64,000 nt of DNA from Planctomycetota bacterium. GTDB taxonomy: Bacteria; Planctomycetota; UBA11346. The DNA lies in contig JBBRLJ010000003.1 of the NCBI GenBank assembly GCA_038231435.1, forward strand, positions 133,407-197,406. Reading direction: 5' to 3'. Below the pieces are notes generated by a model that did no database searches, was not told the origin of the DNA, and saw only the letters and a program-made list of their open reading frames with translations. Below, piece after piece: positions 19,876 to 29,968 of the stretch (positions are counted from its first letter, which is position 1; each line of letters begins with the position of its first letter). A program made the translations under genes and the position numbers.

Positions 19876-20238
19876 ATGGACAGCACCCATCTCATGCAGA
19901 TCTATCTCCAGATGTCGACCGCGACCGGCATCCTGAATTGCGTGTGCGGGCTGACCGCGGCGATCGTGCTGCATCGGCTCCTGCATACCACCACCACGCT
20001 CATGCTCGTGGTGGGCGCCACCATCATGGCCTTGTCAGCAGCATACCACGCCTGTTCGTGGGCGTTTCCAGGTTCACATATCGCGTACAGCGCCTCTGTC
20101 TTCATCACACTCCTGGGCAGCCTGACGTTTTGCGTGTCGCTCGCCTCGACCGCACTGCACATCTCACGCCGCGGCTTGGCTCCGGCGCCGCGCGACCTCA
20201 CCGATACCGACGCTGCCGCCGGATCCGAAGATGCCTAA
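19876..20238 (+). CDS. small multi-TM hypothetical protein
   Basis: Three hydrophobic segments; overlaps the start of the next gene. Confidence 0.6.
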   Translation: MDSTHLMQIYLQMSTATGILNCVCGLTAAIVLHRLLHTTTTLMLVVGATIMALSAAYHACSWAFPGSHIAYSASVFITLLGSLTFCVSLASTALHISRRGLAPAPRDLTDTDAAAGSEDA

Positions 20239-20962
20239 GCACCATCGGCGCGCGCATGACGATGGAGACGGCGCCGCGAACGATGCGGCGGCGCCGGATC
20301 GGACGAGCGACGATGGTCATGGCCATCCGCCGCAGCGTCCGCATCGCGCTCCCATGCGGACGGCCGAACGGGTCGGGGCGATGCGCCCCAAGCCGGATCC
20401 CCGCGACGAGGAGACCTGGCTCAGCTACATCGGGCTGGTCGGAATGAACACCGCGCTCATCCTGGCCGCTTTTTCCTGGGCGATCCTGGGGCTCTGCGCG
20501 ACGCCATTCGCCATGCTGCCTCGCGATCAACTGGTTCGGGTCAACGACATGGGTATCGACGGCTACGTGACCCACTCTGTCGACAACCTCTGCCAGAACA
20601 TCAACTACGGCGTGGTCATCGTGTTCAGTCTGGGAGTCATCAGCCTGATCGCGCACGTGGTCCGCACTCGCAATGATGTCAAGGAACAGCGCGTGCCCTA
20701 TCAGCCGTGGGATCAGAACGGGCGGCGACCGTCTGTGACCCAGGTGCCACCCATCGCGACTGAGCCAGTGCACAGCCCGGAGCCGCCCGATACCCACGCC
20801 AAGGGTGAGGACGTCGTCCGCGGCCATGCCCATGGCCATCGACACGGACATGCGCTCGGCCGGCATGGGAATGGAGATGGGCGCGGACATGGCGGGGGCC
20901 ATTCCGAGCGTCGAGGCGCCCCCTCGCCTCAACCCGAGGATCCCACGACTCGGAGCGGGTAG
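20231..20962 (+). CDS. 2-TM hypothetical protein with His/Gly-rich C-terminal tail
   Basis: Two TM helices; tail 'GHAHGHRHGHALGRHGNGDGRGHGGGH'. The 3' end overlaps the tssG 3' end by 34 nt. Confidence 0.6.
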   Translation: MPKHHRRAHDDGDGAANDAAAPDRTSDDGHGHPPQRPHRAPMRTAERVGAMRPKPDPRDEETWLSYIGLVGMNTALILAAFSWAILGLCATPFAMLPRDQLVRVNDMGIDGYVTHSVDNLCQNINYGVVIVFSLGVISLIAHVVRTRNDVKEQRVPYQPWDQNGRRPSVTQVPPIATEPVHSPEPPDTHAKGEDVVRGHAHGHRHGHALGRHGNGDGRGHGGGHSERRGAPSPQPEDPTTRSG

Positions 20963-21891
20963 CTGACCGCCGCATCTCCGGCCAGGCGTCCACCCCGGCC
21001 CAGGCACGCCGTCGCGCCACCGAGGGCCGCGATCTCGACCGTCGGTCCCGAGAGCAGCAGCTCCACCTCCCAATCCAAGGCGCCGGGATTGAAGCGCGCG
21101 ACGATCCTCGCCAGCTCGGCGTGCGCGGATCCGCCAGGCATGAAATCGCACAAGCGCTCCACCGGGACGCCCGCGATGGAGATGCGGAAGCCGGTGGCGC
21201 GGGTGGAAACCGTATCGCCGACGACGCAATCGATGCCCAGGCGATGATTGCGTTGCGCGAGGCGGACCAGCCGCTCGGCGCTCAGGCGCGTGCGCGCATG
21301 GACGCATTGGAGGAGGTCGATGGCCAAGGGCGCGAAGCGATGCCTGAGCAGGCGGAGGAGGTCGTCAGCGGATCTCCGCTCACCGGCCAGCAGCGCGGCG
21401 TAGCGCGCGAGCTCGGGATGCCCGTCTATGCCGAGCATGGCGGCGGTGGCTTGCGCGCGCCTCGCGCAGTGCCGTGGCGCATGGTGTCGTTCCGACAGGC
21501 GGTACAGCAATGACAGGACGCGATGGTTGATCAGATCGACGAACGCGCGCGAGAGACCGTCGGGATCCTCGCGCATCAGGCGTTCGGTGATGAAGGTCGG
21601 CAATGGCGAGGACGGGCCGTACAGCGCAGGCAGATTCACGCTGATCCGCCAGCGCTGCCCGTCGCCGTTGGGAATGCGCTCGACCTGCTCCACTTCGCCC
21701 GATGGGAAGGCCAGACTCAATGCGGCGCGGAATCGGACCGCTTCCGCAGCGACCGGGCCGAGACCACCGATCGGCGCCGCCTCGGGTGATGCCGACTGGA
21801 CGATCCGCGCCATCTGCACGAAGCCTACGTGCGGCGGGCCGCTCGCGGTTCCTGCCTCCGACTCCGCAAGCGCGTCGGCAGCCGAGGTCAT
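20929..21891 (-). CDS. tssG: type VI secretion baseplate subunit TssG
   Basis: 'VRFRAALSLAFPSGEV', 'LYGPSSPLP', 'AFVDLINHR', 'DFMPGG'; ATGA-coupled to tssF. Confidence 0.88.
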   Translation of the reverse strand: MTSAADALAESEAGTASGPPHVGFVQMARIVQSASPEAAPIGGLGPVAAEAVRFRAALSLAFPSGEVEQVERIPNGDGQRWRISVNLPALYGPSSPLPTFITERLMREDPDGLSRAFVDLINHRVLSLLYRLSERHHAPRHCARRAQATAAMLGIDGHPELARYAALLAGERRSADDLLRLLRHRFAPLAIDLLQCVHARTRLSAERLVRLAQRNHRLGIDCVVGDTVSTRATGFRISIAGVPVERLCDFMPGGSAHAELARIVARFNPGALDWEVELLLSGPTVEIAALGGATACLGRGGRLAGDAAVSYPLRVVGSSG

Positions 21892-23609
21892 GGCAGGACG
21901 ATACCGCCTAGACGGGCTGGAAACTCCAGGAGGCCTCGTCCATGAGTTCCCGTCACTCGCAGTCGTGAGAACGAATTCAACCCCGATCCACGACAGACCG
22001 CACGATCCATCACCGCTGCGAATGCGTAGAGATCGCCAGGGGAATCGAAGCGGTCCTCGCGGATCTCCAGATCGATCGACACGCCACGAATGGGGACGCC
22101 ATCGAGAATCCGCGTCGCAGGGTCGCGCGTGAGCGACACGATGCCGTCGCGCAGGCGACGATGACGTAGGCGCTCGAGGGGATCCGATTCACTACGCACA
22201 TCGAGGAGGTCGAGCAGCCGCTTCAGCCCATCCGCGTCGCCGAGTGGATCCCGGGACAGAGAAAGATGCGCCAGCAGCCGCCAATGCTCGTCTCGATCGT
22301 CGGGAGGCGGACACGGCGGACGCAAGCGGCCCAGATTACGGAAGGACACCCCAGCGGGCGTCCCAGGGGCCGGTTGCCGGATGTCACCGATGCCCAGGCG
22401 TTCTGGAAGCCGGCGGTTGGTGCAGATCAGCTCCAGGCTGATGGTTTCGACATCGGCCTCGCCGGGATGGGTGAAGCACAAGGTCACATCGGTGCCATCG
22501 CCGCCGATGCTTCGCGACCTGCGCTCCTGGTATGTTCCCGGGTGCTCCATCGGCCCAGGAGACCGGCATGCAAGGTAGCGCTGAGGCTTGGACCCCGAAC
22601 GGGCAGCGCCAACCACCGAGCGGAGCGCGTAGATTTCCGCATGCGCTGGATCTCTGCCCGCCGCGCGCACGCGATGGTCGGCATGGCGAGGATCGAGCCT
22701 GATAGGATCGCCCTCGGCGTGGAACAGGTTCACGACCGGTGTGCAGCCGAGGGCGATGTCGCTCGCGCTCACCACGGGCAGAGGGTCTGGCACGCCATCC
22801 AATGCGAAGGACAGGGTGAAGCCGCTCGCCTTCTCCAGAGCGGTCACGGCATCCAGGCCGACAATGTCGACGAACAGGAACTTGTCGGGGAACACGAAAT
22901 GTTCGTGGATGAGCCGCATGCTGGCGGGAACGAGTTCCTGTTCAGGCAGGAGCGCGTCATCATCGTCGAATCCCACCGCCTGGATCGCGGCCGGAGGGAG
23001 GCGGGTCGCGCGGATACCGTCGACCCCCACTGCCGCCGCTTCGACCGTGCGGCTCCGGCATAGGCACTCGAGCAGCTGTCTGGCGACCGCGGAGTCCCCC
23101 GAGAGATGCAACCTCAAGCGGTTTCCGGCGCAGATTCCCGCCGAGACCCCCTCGGGTGCGTCGAAACGGATGCGCAGCATCGCTGCTCCGCTCCACGCGA
23201 CCTCTGTCACCCGCAGCGGCGAGACGCGCGCCTCGTAGGCTGTGGTGAATCGGCAGCGGGTGCCGTCGACGGGAACGGAATCCACCATCGTCCCGCGAGG
23301 AACGGTGGTGGTCCCGCGTGCATGGGCCGATGGCGCGAACTGGACGATCGCCATCGCCGGGGTTGGCCGCAGGTAGTGTGGCCAGACTCCGTCGATCAAG
23401 GCGTCGGCCAGATCGGGTAGTTCATCATCGAGCTTCTGACGCAAGCGCCCGGTCAGGAAGGCCACGCCCTCGAGCAGCCGTTCCACGTCAGGATCAGCGC
23501 TCTCCGCCGCGAGGTACCTCGCGGCGTCGGGGTGCGCCGCCGCGAATTCGCGCCCGAGGTCCCGGAGGTATCCCAATTCGGATCGGTAGTAGTCAGCCGC
23601 GCCAGCCAT
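21888..23609 (-). CDS. tssF: type VI secretion baseplate subunit TssF
   Basis: 'YYRSELGYLRDLGREFA..HP', 'DPDVERLLEGVAFLTGRLRQKLDDELP', 'CTPVVNLF', 'CTNRRLP'. Confidence 0.95.
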   Translation of the reverse strand: MAGAADYYRSELGYLRDLGREFAAAHPDAARYLAAESADPDVERLLEGVAFLTGRLRQKLDDELPDLADALIDGVWPHYLRPTPAMAIVQFAPSAHARGTTTVPRGTMVDSVPVDGTRCRFTTAYEARVSPLRVTEVAWSGAAMLRIRFDAPEGVSAGICAGNRLRLHLSGDSAVARQLLECLCRSRTVEAAAVGVDGIRATRLPPAAIQAVGFDDDDALLPEQELVPASMRLIHEHFVFPDKFLFVDIVGLDAVTALEKASGFTLSFALDGVPDPLPVVSASDIALGCTPVVNLFHAEGDPIRLDPRHADHRVRAAGRDPAHAEIYALRSVVGAARSGSKPQRYLACRSPGPMEHPGTYQERRSRSIGGDGTDVTLCFTHPGEADVETISLELICTNRRLPERLGIGDIRQPAPGTPAGVSFRNLGRLRPPCPPPDDRDEHWRLLAHLSLSRDPLGDADGLKRLLDLLDVRSESDPLERLRHRRLRDGIVSLTRDPATRILDGVPIRGVSIDLEIREDRFDSPGDLYAFAAVMDRAVCRGSGLNSFSRLRVTGTHGRGLLEFPARLGGIVLP

Positions 23610-23611
23610 GA

Positions 23612-24079
23612 TCACTCCCGCAGCGTCACGCGTCCGGCGACATCGACGAGCGTACTGAAGGCGATGGCCTCCGACTCTGCAGCGACCAGCCTCGCTGAGA
23701 CCTGGAAGTGCAGGTGGAAACCTTCGTGCGGACGTCTCACATAAACGACATCCACGTCCTTCAATCGCGGCTCGTACCTGGTGATGACCTCGCGCAGCGA
23801 GCGCTGCAGCCGATCGGTCATCGAGTGATGGGCGTCCATGGCGTCGCATGGCGCCAGCGTACCCAGATCCATCTGTGCCGCGGCGGTGCCCTGGCGCGTA
23901 TTGAGCACGTCGCCCAGGTTCCTCAAGATGGATCGCAGGCCCTCGGCCCGCCCGCCCGCGGAGACACCTCCCGCTGGCCTGGGCTCCGACATGCGCGTCA
24001 ACAGGCTGGCTTTGCCGATCTCTGCCATGTTCGTGAATATCCTGCGCGAGGATCCGACCGACTGGACGGTGGCGTTCAT
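23612..24079 (-). CDS. tssE: type VI secretion baseplate subunit TssE (gp25-like)
   Basis: 'SILRNLGDVLNTRQG...ITRYEPRL'; ATGA-coupled to tssC. Confidence 0.88.
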   Translation of the reverse strand: MNATVQSVGSSRRIFTNMAEIGKASLLTRMSEPRPAGGVSAGGRAEGLRSILRNLGDVLNTRQGTAAAQMDLGTLAPCDAMDAHHSMTDRLQRSLREVITRYEPRLKDVDVVYVRRPHEGFHLHFQVSARLVAAESEAIAFSTLVDVAGRVTLRE

Positions 24080-25566
24080 TTCCCGTCCTTGTCCAGCTTG
24101 CCGACCAGCGACAGGGTGAATGCCGCGCCCATGTACTTGAAATGCGGCCGAACGCTGAGGTTCACTCGGTACCATCCGGCATCGCCAGGCACATCCTCGA
24201 CCGTCACCGATGCTGCGCGCAGTGGACGCACGTTCCGCACCGACGGCTGCGGATTGTCCATGTCGGCCACGTATTGTCCAAGCCAGGTGTTCAACTCGCG
24301 CTGCAGATCCGAGCGTTCCTTCCACGAGCCGATCTGCTCGCGTTGCAGGACTTTGATGTAATGGGCGAGCCGGTTCACCACGAACAGGTACGGAAGCTGG
24401 GTGCCCAGGCGATGGTTCATCTCGGCCTGCTTCCCTTCCGGTGAATTGCCGAAAAATTTCGGCTTCTGGCAGGAATTTGCCGAGAAGAAACAGGCATCGT
24501 CAGAGCCCTTACGCATCGCCAGGGCGATGAACCCCTCTTCCGAGAGTTCGAATTCCCGTCGCTCCGAGATCAGCACCTCGGTGGGGATCTTGGTCTCCAA
24601 CGCGCCCATGGACTGGAAGTGGTGGAGCGGCAGTCCGCTCACCGATCCTCCGCTCTGCGGGCCGATGATGTTCGGGCACCAGCGAAACTTGGCGAAGCTC
24701 TCGGTGAGCCGGGTCGCGAACGCGAAGGCCGCATTGCCCCACAGGTAGGCCTCGTGCCGGCCCTCGACGTTCTCCTGGTAAGAGAAGGACTTCACCGGAA
24801 TCGTGTCGGGTCCGTACGGGAGCCTGAGGAGGAAGCGAGGCAGGGTCAATCCGATCGACCTGGCATCATCGGTTTCGCGGAACGACCTCCATCGCGTGCA
24901 CTGCGGACCCTCGAGGATCGATTTCAGATCGTTGAGATTCGGTAGACGCTGGAAATCCTCGATCCCGAAAAAGCCTGGCCCCGCCGCGGCGATGAACGGC
25001 GCGTGCGCCATTGAAGCCACGCTGGCGATCTTGCCAAGCAGGGAGACATCCTGATGGCCTGGGCCGAATTCATAATCGGCGATCATCGCCGCGTACGGCT
25101 CGCCGCCGAACTGGCCGAACTCGCCGGAATAGACCAGCTTATAGAGGCCGGACTGGACCACCTCGGGCGCATCGTCGAAATCCGCACGCAGGGCCTCCTT
25201 CGAGACGTCCAGCAGATGGATCACGGTATTTTCCCGGGCGTCGGCCCGATCCACGACCAAGCGCAAGGCGCGCCAGGCTGATTCGATGCGCTGGAAGGAG
25301 CGGTGGTGCAGGATCTCGTCGATCTGCGATGAGACCTTGCGGTCGATCTCGGCGATCATGGCGTCGACGACGTGCTTGTCGGCGCGCGGAGCCGCTTCCC
25401 CATCAGCGAGCAGAGCACCGACGAACGCACCCACGCCATGCTTGACGACCGCATAGGCTTCGTCGGCCTGCGAGATCCGCGTATGCGACATGATGTGATC
25501 GAGGATGGAGACGTGAGGTGCTGGTTCCGACTGAGATTCAGCATGGATGGTGGTGGTCGAGCTCAT
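24076..25566 (-). CDS. tssC: type VI secretion contractile sheath large subunit TssC/VipB
   Basis: 'QIDEILHH..FQRIESAWR', 'AHAPFI', 'LPRFLLRLPYG', 'YLWGNAA', 'RLAHYIKV', 'VRPHFKYMG'. Confidence 0.97.
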   Translation of the reverse strand: MSSTTTIHAESQSEPAPHVSILDHIMSHTRISQADEAYAVVKHGVGAFVGALLADGEAAPRADKHVVDAMIAEIDRKVSSQIDEILHHRSFQRIESAWRALRLVVDRADARENTVIHLLDVSKEALRADFDDAPEVVQSGLYKLVYSGEFGQFGGEPYAAMIADYEFGPGHQDVSLLGKIASVASMAHAPFIAAAGPGFFGIEDFQRLPNLNDLKSILEGPQCTRWRSFRETDDARSIGLTLPRFLLRLPYGPDTIPVKSFSYQENVEGRHEAYLWGNAAFAFATRLTESFAKFRWCPNIIGPQSGGSVSGLPLHHFQSMGALETKIPTEVLISERREFELSEEGFIALAMRKGSDDACFFSANSCQKPKFFGNSPEGKQAEMNHRLGTQLPYLFVVNRLAHYIKVLQREQIGSWKERSDLQRELNTWLGQYVADMDNPQPSVRNVRPLRAASVTVEDVPGDAGWYRVNLSVRPHFKYMGAAFTLSLVGKLDKDGK

Positions 25567-25592
25567 GGGTTTTCCTGGTTGAGGTAAGTGTT

Positions 25593-26084
25593 TCAGGCGT
25601 CGATGCCGCGGATTTCGCCAAGCAGGGCGGTGCGCGACGAGCCGTCGGCGACGAGCTCGAGGATCTTCTTCTTGAAAGCGGGAACATTTCCCAATGGGCC
25701 TTTGAGCGCGCACAAGGCTTGCCGCAGTACCAGCAGCTGCGCGACTGCGGGGACATGTCGTGCGATCGCTTCGGGTTCGAAATCCTTGAGGGTCGCCACA
25801 TCGATGGTGACGGCCAACTCCTTGTCGGCGGCTGCGGACAGCCGGTCGCGAACGCGCAGGTCGATCGAGACGCCGAGGCTCGCCAGGACATCGTCGAAGG
25901 AATCCTTCGCGATCGGCACCGGTGTCCGCTCCTCGAGCGCACGATCCGAATTCCGACCAGTGAAATCACCTAGGACCAGGAGCTTCAGCGGCAGCTCCTT
26001 CTCTTGGCGGGCGTCGCCGATGGCCGCCTGATAGGCGATGTTCACGCGCTCTTTGGGTGCGACCGAGGCATGGGGAGTAGGCAA
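25593..26084 (-). CDS. tssB: type VI secretion contractile sheath small subunit TssB/VipA
   Basis: 'SVAPKERVNI', 'ELPLKLLVLGDF', 'LKGPLGNVPAF'; TTG start with SD AAGGAG. Confidence 0.95.
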   Translation of the reverse strand: MPTPHASVAPKERVNIAYQAAIGDARQEKELPLKLLVLGDFTGRNSDRALEERTPVPIAKDSFDDVLASLGVSIDLRVRDRLSAAADKELAVTIDVATLKDFEPEAIARHVPAVAQLLVLRQALCALKGPLGNVPAFKKKILELVADGSSRTALLGEIRGIDA

Positions 26085-26276
26085 GGGAATGCTCCTTATA
26101 GTGGTTCTTATGTTCCATATGGTGCGCGATCGAGATTCTTCTGCATCGTTATTTTGATTCTATCGTTTCATTCGATGTGACACACTGGTTCAAGTGATGC
26201 AAATGCTCGGGGCCGAGACGGTCCTGAGATTGACCCCGGGCCGCATGCCGAATACTGCCGCCCGCGCGGAGCCCCT
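26085..26276. promoter_or_regulatory. AT-rich divergent control region between tssB and the NHL kinase
   Basis: Marked drop in GC between two divergent genes; individual sites not resolved. Confidence 0.5.
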
Positions 26277-29200
26277 ATGTCGGATCAGTCACCAGCGAAC
26301 GAGCCGGGTCTCGCCACCGCGTCGGATCCGGGCCAGGTTCCACCCGGCGGTCAGCCGAGCGGCTTGCCGGAATGGTGGTTGACCCCACCCGAGAACGCCA
26401 TCTGGGGCGACTTCCAACTCGCCGAGATGATCGGGCAAGGCGGCATGGGCGCGGTGTTCAGGGGCCATCAGCTCAGCCTGAATCGTCCGGTGGCGATCAA
26501 GGTGCTGACGCCGTATCTCAGCAACAGCGAGAGCTTCCGCCTGCGCTTCCTGCGCGAGGCGCAGACGGTCGCGCAGATCTCATCTCCGCACGTCGTCCAG
26601 GTCTACGGAGCCGGATCCAACGGCCCGCACCAGTACTTCGCGATGGAGTTCGTCGATGGCGAAGATCTCGGCAGCAAGCTCGCCAAGGGCTACCGCCCAT
26701 CGCGCGCCGAGACGCTCGACATCATGATCCAGGCAGCCCGTGGGTTGGTCGCCGCGGGCGAGCACGACATCGTGCACCGCGACATCAAGCCCGGGAACAT
26801 GATGATCACCCGGCGTGGCCAGGTGAAGCTCATGGATTTCGGCTTGCTGCGCATCGCCAGCGATGAGCAGCGCAACACCACCACCGGCGTGGTGATGGGC
26901 ACGGTCTACTATTTCAGTCCGGAGCAGGCGCGCGGCGAAGCCTGCGACCAGCGCGCCGACATCTATTCGCTCGGCGTGGTGTTCTTCGAATTGCTGGTCG
27001 GAGAGCTGCCCTTCACCGGCGAGCCCAACGCCGTGGTCTACGCGCATCTGAACAAGCGACCGCCGCGCGTGCGCGATCTCGACCCGGAGATTCCGGCATC
27101 CTGGCAGGAGGTCGTGCTCACCTGCCTCGCCAAGCGACCCGAAGGCCGTTACCGCACCACCGCTGAATTGCTGCGCGACCTCGAACGCCTTGCCGCGGAC
27201 GAAGCTCCGGTACTGACCTCGCCAGTGAACCAGAATCCCTGGCCGCTGCGCGCGCTCGGTGTCGCGCTTATGGTCGCCATCGCCACCATCACAGGACATG
27301 TGATCCGCCCCGCGCGATCACCCGGCCCTGACCAGAGGACCGGTGCCGTCGACGCTTCCGGCGCTCCGGCTCTCGTCTCTGCCATGAATCGGGCTCCCGA
27401 CGCCGCCATCAAGTCGCCTTCCTCGCCCGGTTCTGCCGCCGATGTCGCGGCGGGAAACGCCGAATCCGAAGGCGATGCGGTGTCGCTGCCGAAGGAGATC
27501 GCGACCCTGTCAGGCACCTGCGAATCCACCGTCGTTGTGCGTTCTCCCTTCATCGGTGGACACATCGTCTCGTACCGTTGGAGCCTCGAGGGCGATGCCG
27601 GCCACGCCGGGCGGCTCGGAGCCTCGGCCACGGTGTTGCCGGAGACCTCGTGGACGGCGCCGGGAAGGGCGACCAGCGCGCTCGCCATCCGCGTGGTGGC
27701 CCGCGATGCCGCTGGGCGGGATTTCACGGCGATGGTCCCGATCCGCGCGACACCTGATGATGGCTCGAAACCACGGTCATTGACCCAATTCGCCCGACTG
27801 GGAACCGGCGAGCCCACAGCGGCGCGTCTCGCGCAGGATGCCACCGGCGACTGGTGGGCGTGCGACCCCTCCGCCAAGCGCATCTGCCACGTGCATCCCG
27901 ATTGGCTGGACTGGCGGAATCTGAAGAGCCAGGGCGACTCGAGGCCCGAGCATCCACTGGACCTGGCGATCCGTGATGCCGATGTGGCCATCCTCGATGG
28001 CCTGCTCGGAAAACTGCTGCTGCTCAAGAGAGACGGCCTCGAGGGCGGAACGGCGACGATGCTGGGCGGAGGAGTGCATTGGACCAGACCGGTCGATCTC
28101 GCGTTCGCAGGCGACGGTCGCATCCTCGTCGCCGATGAAGGCGCGGGAGCGATCCACGTGCTGAACTCCGGAACCCAAGACGGCGCCACCGTGGTACTCG
28201 ATGGTTTTCATCCTTCGCGGATCGCCACCTCGCCGGACGGCGATGTGTTCGTGCTCGATGGCGTCGCCCGCCGCATGCAACGCCTAGACCGCGACCTGAG
28301 ATCCGCCGCCAGCTGGGCGGTCACCGGCGACGGCGAATCGGCTCCCGTTGATATCGCCTGGCACGGCCTCGGCCTGCTGGTGCTGATGTCGGACGGCTCG
28401 ATCCAGGTCTTCGATCGCTCCGGGAGCCCGCACCAGCGCCTGGGTGCTCCGACGGAGCTCATCGACGGATCCGGCAAGGCCGATTCGCTCGCGGTCGGAG
28501 CCGCCGGCGAGATCCTGAGCACCTGGCCGTCGCGGCGGCTGATCGCACGCCATGCGTCGTCGGGCATCGCTCCTGGCGTGCGCGGCATCGGCGCGCACCC
28601 CGGAGCTGGCCTCGCCGCCGACGGCCGCGGGCGGTTGCTGATCCTGGACGCCGCCAGCGCACGCATCTCGCTGCTCGACTCCGAGGGCTGGTGCGGCGAG
28701 CGCGTGGGTGGACGCGATAAGGATGGCGGCGCCTTCACCCATCCGGAACAGCTCGCGGTATCTCCCGATGGTCGCGCGCTGGCGGTGATCGAACCCGAAC
28801 AGGCCGTGGTGGTCCGCGTCGCGCTCGACGGTTCCGGCCAGTCCCTGACCCTCGGTTCGACGGGCACCAAGAAGACCGGCAAGCTCGCGCATCCGGCTGC
28901 GGTGGCCCTGGACGAACTCGGACGCACGTACGTTCTCGATGCCGACGACGACCGCATCTCGGTGTACGATGCCAAGGGCACATTCCGCTTCGCGTTTGCT
29001 GGCCGCGGCGCCGGAGCGGGTCGCTTCAAGGGTCCGCTGCGTTTCGCCGTCTCGCCACGCGGCCTGCTCGCATTCATCGTCGACAATGGCGCCAACGACT
29101 TGATCAAGCTCGAGCTCGACCATGAGCACGGCGTCGCCAACATCGCCGACACCGCCCACCTCGACGCCGCCACCGCGATCTCGGCGATCGCCAGCGACCG

Positions 29201-29393
29201 GCAAGCGCTGCTCTATGTGCTGGAAGGCAACCGCACCCTGCGCATCCTCGATTGGAAGAGCGACAAGCCGCTCGCGGTCACCACGGTCGCGATCGACACG
29301 ACCAGCATCCTCAAAGCCGAATCCATGGCGGTGTCCCCAGATGGCCAGGTTTGGCTGGGCAACGGTGAGGACGTGATCGGCCTGCGCTGGTGA
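26277..29393 (+). CDS. membrane Ser/Thr protein kinase with C-terminal NHL/beta-propeller repeats
   Basis: GQGGMG, AIK, HRDIKPGN, DFG, GTVYYFSPEQ; TM segment; repeats such as 'PAAVALDELGRTYVLD..DDRISVYD'. Confidence 0.92.
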   Translation: MSDQSPANEPGLATASDPGQVPPGGQPSGLPEWWLTPPENAIWGDFQLAEMIGQGGMGAVFRGHQLSLNRPVAIKVLTPYLSNSESFRLRFLREAQTVAQISSPHVVQVYGAGSNGPHQYFAMEFVDGEDLGSKLAKGYRPSRAETLDIMIQAARGLVAAGEHDIVHRDIKPGNMMITRRGQVKLMDFGLLRIASDEQRNTTTGVVMGTVYYFSPEQARGEACDQRADIYSLGVVFFELLVGELPFTGEPNAVVYAHLNKRPPRVRDLDPEIPASWQEVVLTCLAKRPEGRYRTTAELLRDLERLAADEAPVLTSPVNQNPWPLRALGVALMVAIATITGHVIRPARSPGPDQRTGAVDASGAPALVSAMNRAPDAAIKSPSSPGSAADVAAGNAESEGDAVSLPKEIATLSGTCESTVVVRSPFIGGHIVSYRWSLEGDAGHAGRLGASATVLPETSWTAPGRATSALAIRVVARDAAGRDFTAMVPIRATPDDGSKPRSLTQFARLGTGEPTAARLAQDATGDWWACDPSAKRICHVHPDWLDWRNLKSQGDSRPEHPLDLAIRDADVAILDGLLGKLLLLKRDGLEGGTATMLGGGVHWTRPVDLAFAGDGRILVADEGAGAIHVLNSGTQDGATVVLDGFHPSRIATSPDGDVFVLDGVARRMQRLDRDLRSAASWAVTGDGESAPVDIAWHGLGLLVLMSDGSIQVFDRSGSPHQRLGAPTELIDGSGKADSLAVGAAGEILSTWPSRRLIARHASSGIAPGVRGIGAHPGAGLAADGRGRLLILDAASARISLLDSEGWCGERVGGRDKDGGAFTHPEQLAVSPDGRALAVIEPEQAVVVRVALDGSGQSLTLGSTGTKKTGKLAHPAAVALDELGRTYVLDADDDRISVYDAKGTFRFAFAGRGAGAGRFKGPLRFAVSPRGLLAFIVDNGANDLIKLELDHEHGVANIADTAHLDAATAISAIASDRQALLYVLEGNRTLRILDWKSDKPLAVTTVAIDTTSILKAESMAVSPDGQVWLGNGEDVIGLRW

Positions 29394-29591
29394 CCACTGC
29401 GTGGCGCTGTCCGCTCTGGACGGAGAGCATCGCCCATTCGTTTCTCGCGCGGGAGTGCTCGCCGGATATTCGATGCCAGGCGCTGGCGGCTCACAGGACT
29501 GGACCAGCGACCCCCAGCGAGGCCCCAACCTAGCCCTGCATACCGGAACGGCTGTGTACTTCGGCCCTCCCATTCCCATCATCACTCGACC

Positions 29592-29849
29592 ATGCCGATC
29601 GCCCCCCCCGCCCTGACCTTCGTGCCCGCCGACACCAGCACCCGTGCGCGTTACCGCGCCGCGTCGCTGCGCAACCAGGGTTGGTACTACATCGCCCAGG
29701 GACCGGACCTGTCATGGGTCGCCGAGCACACCGCGACCGGCGTGATCGGGCGTTTCGCGATGAAGCAGCCGGCAATGAGCGCGTGCGCCGAGGCCGACGC
29801 GGTCAAGTCGATGCGCCTGCGCGCGGTGGCGGCCAAGCGCCGCCTCTGA
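29592..29849 (+). CDS. hypothetical protein (85 aa)
   Basis: Host-like codon bias in an otherwise empty interval. Confidence 0.55.
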   Translation: MPIAPPALTFVPADTSTRARYRAASLRNQGWYYIAQGPDLSWVAEHTATGVIGRFAMKQPAMSACAEADAVKSMRLRAVAAKRRL

Positions 29850-29968
29850 TCGCGCGAGACGGGATCGTCATGCTGCTGATGTCTCGCTGCGCCATGCGGC
29901 ACCCACGGGGCTGACTGATCACCCTGCGAGCAGACCAGCAGACTACTCAGAAGGCTTCCCGTGGGATG

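Noticed and set aside
20929..26084. T6SS genes as pseudogenes
   Set aside because: All five frames are open, of normal length and translationally coupled.
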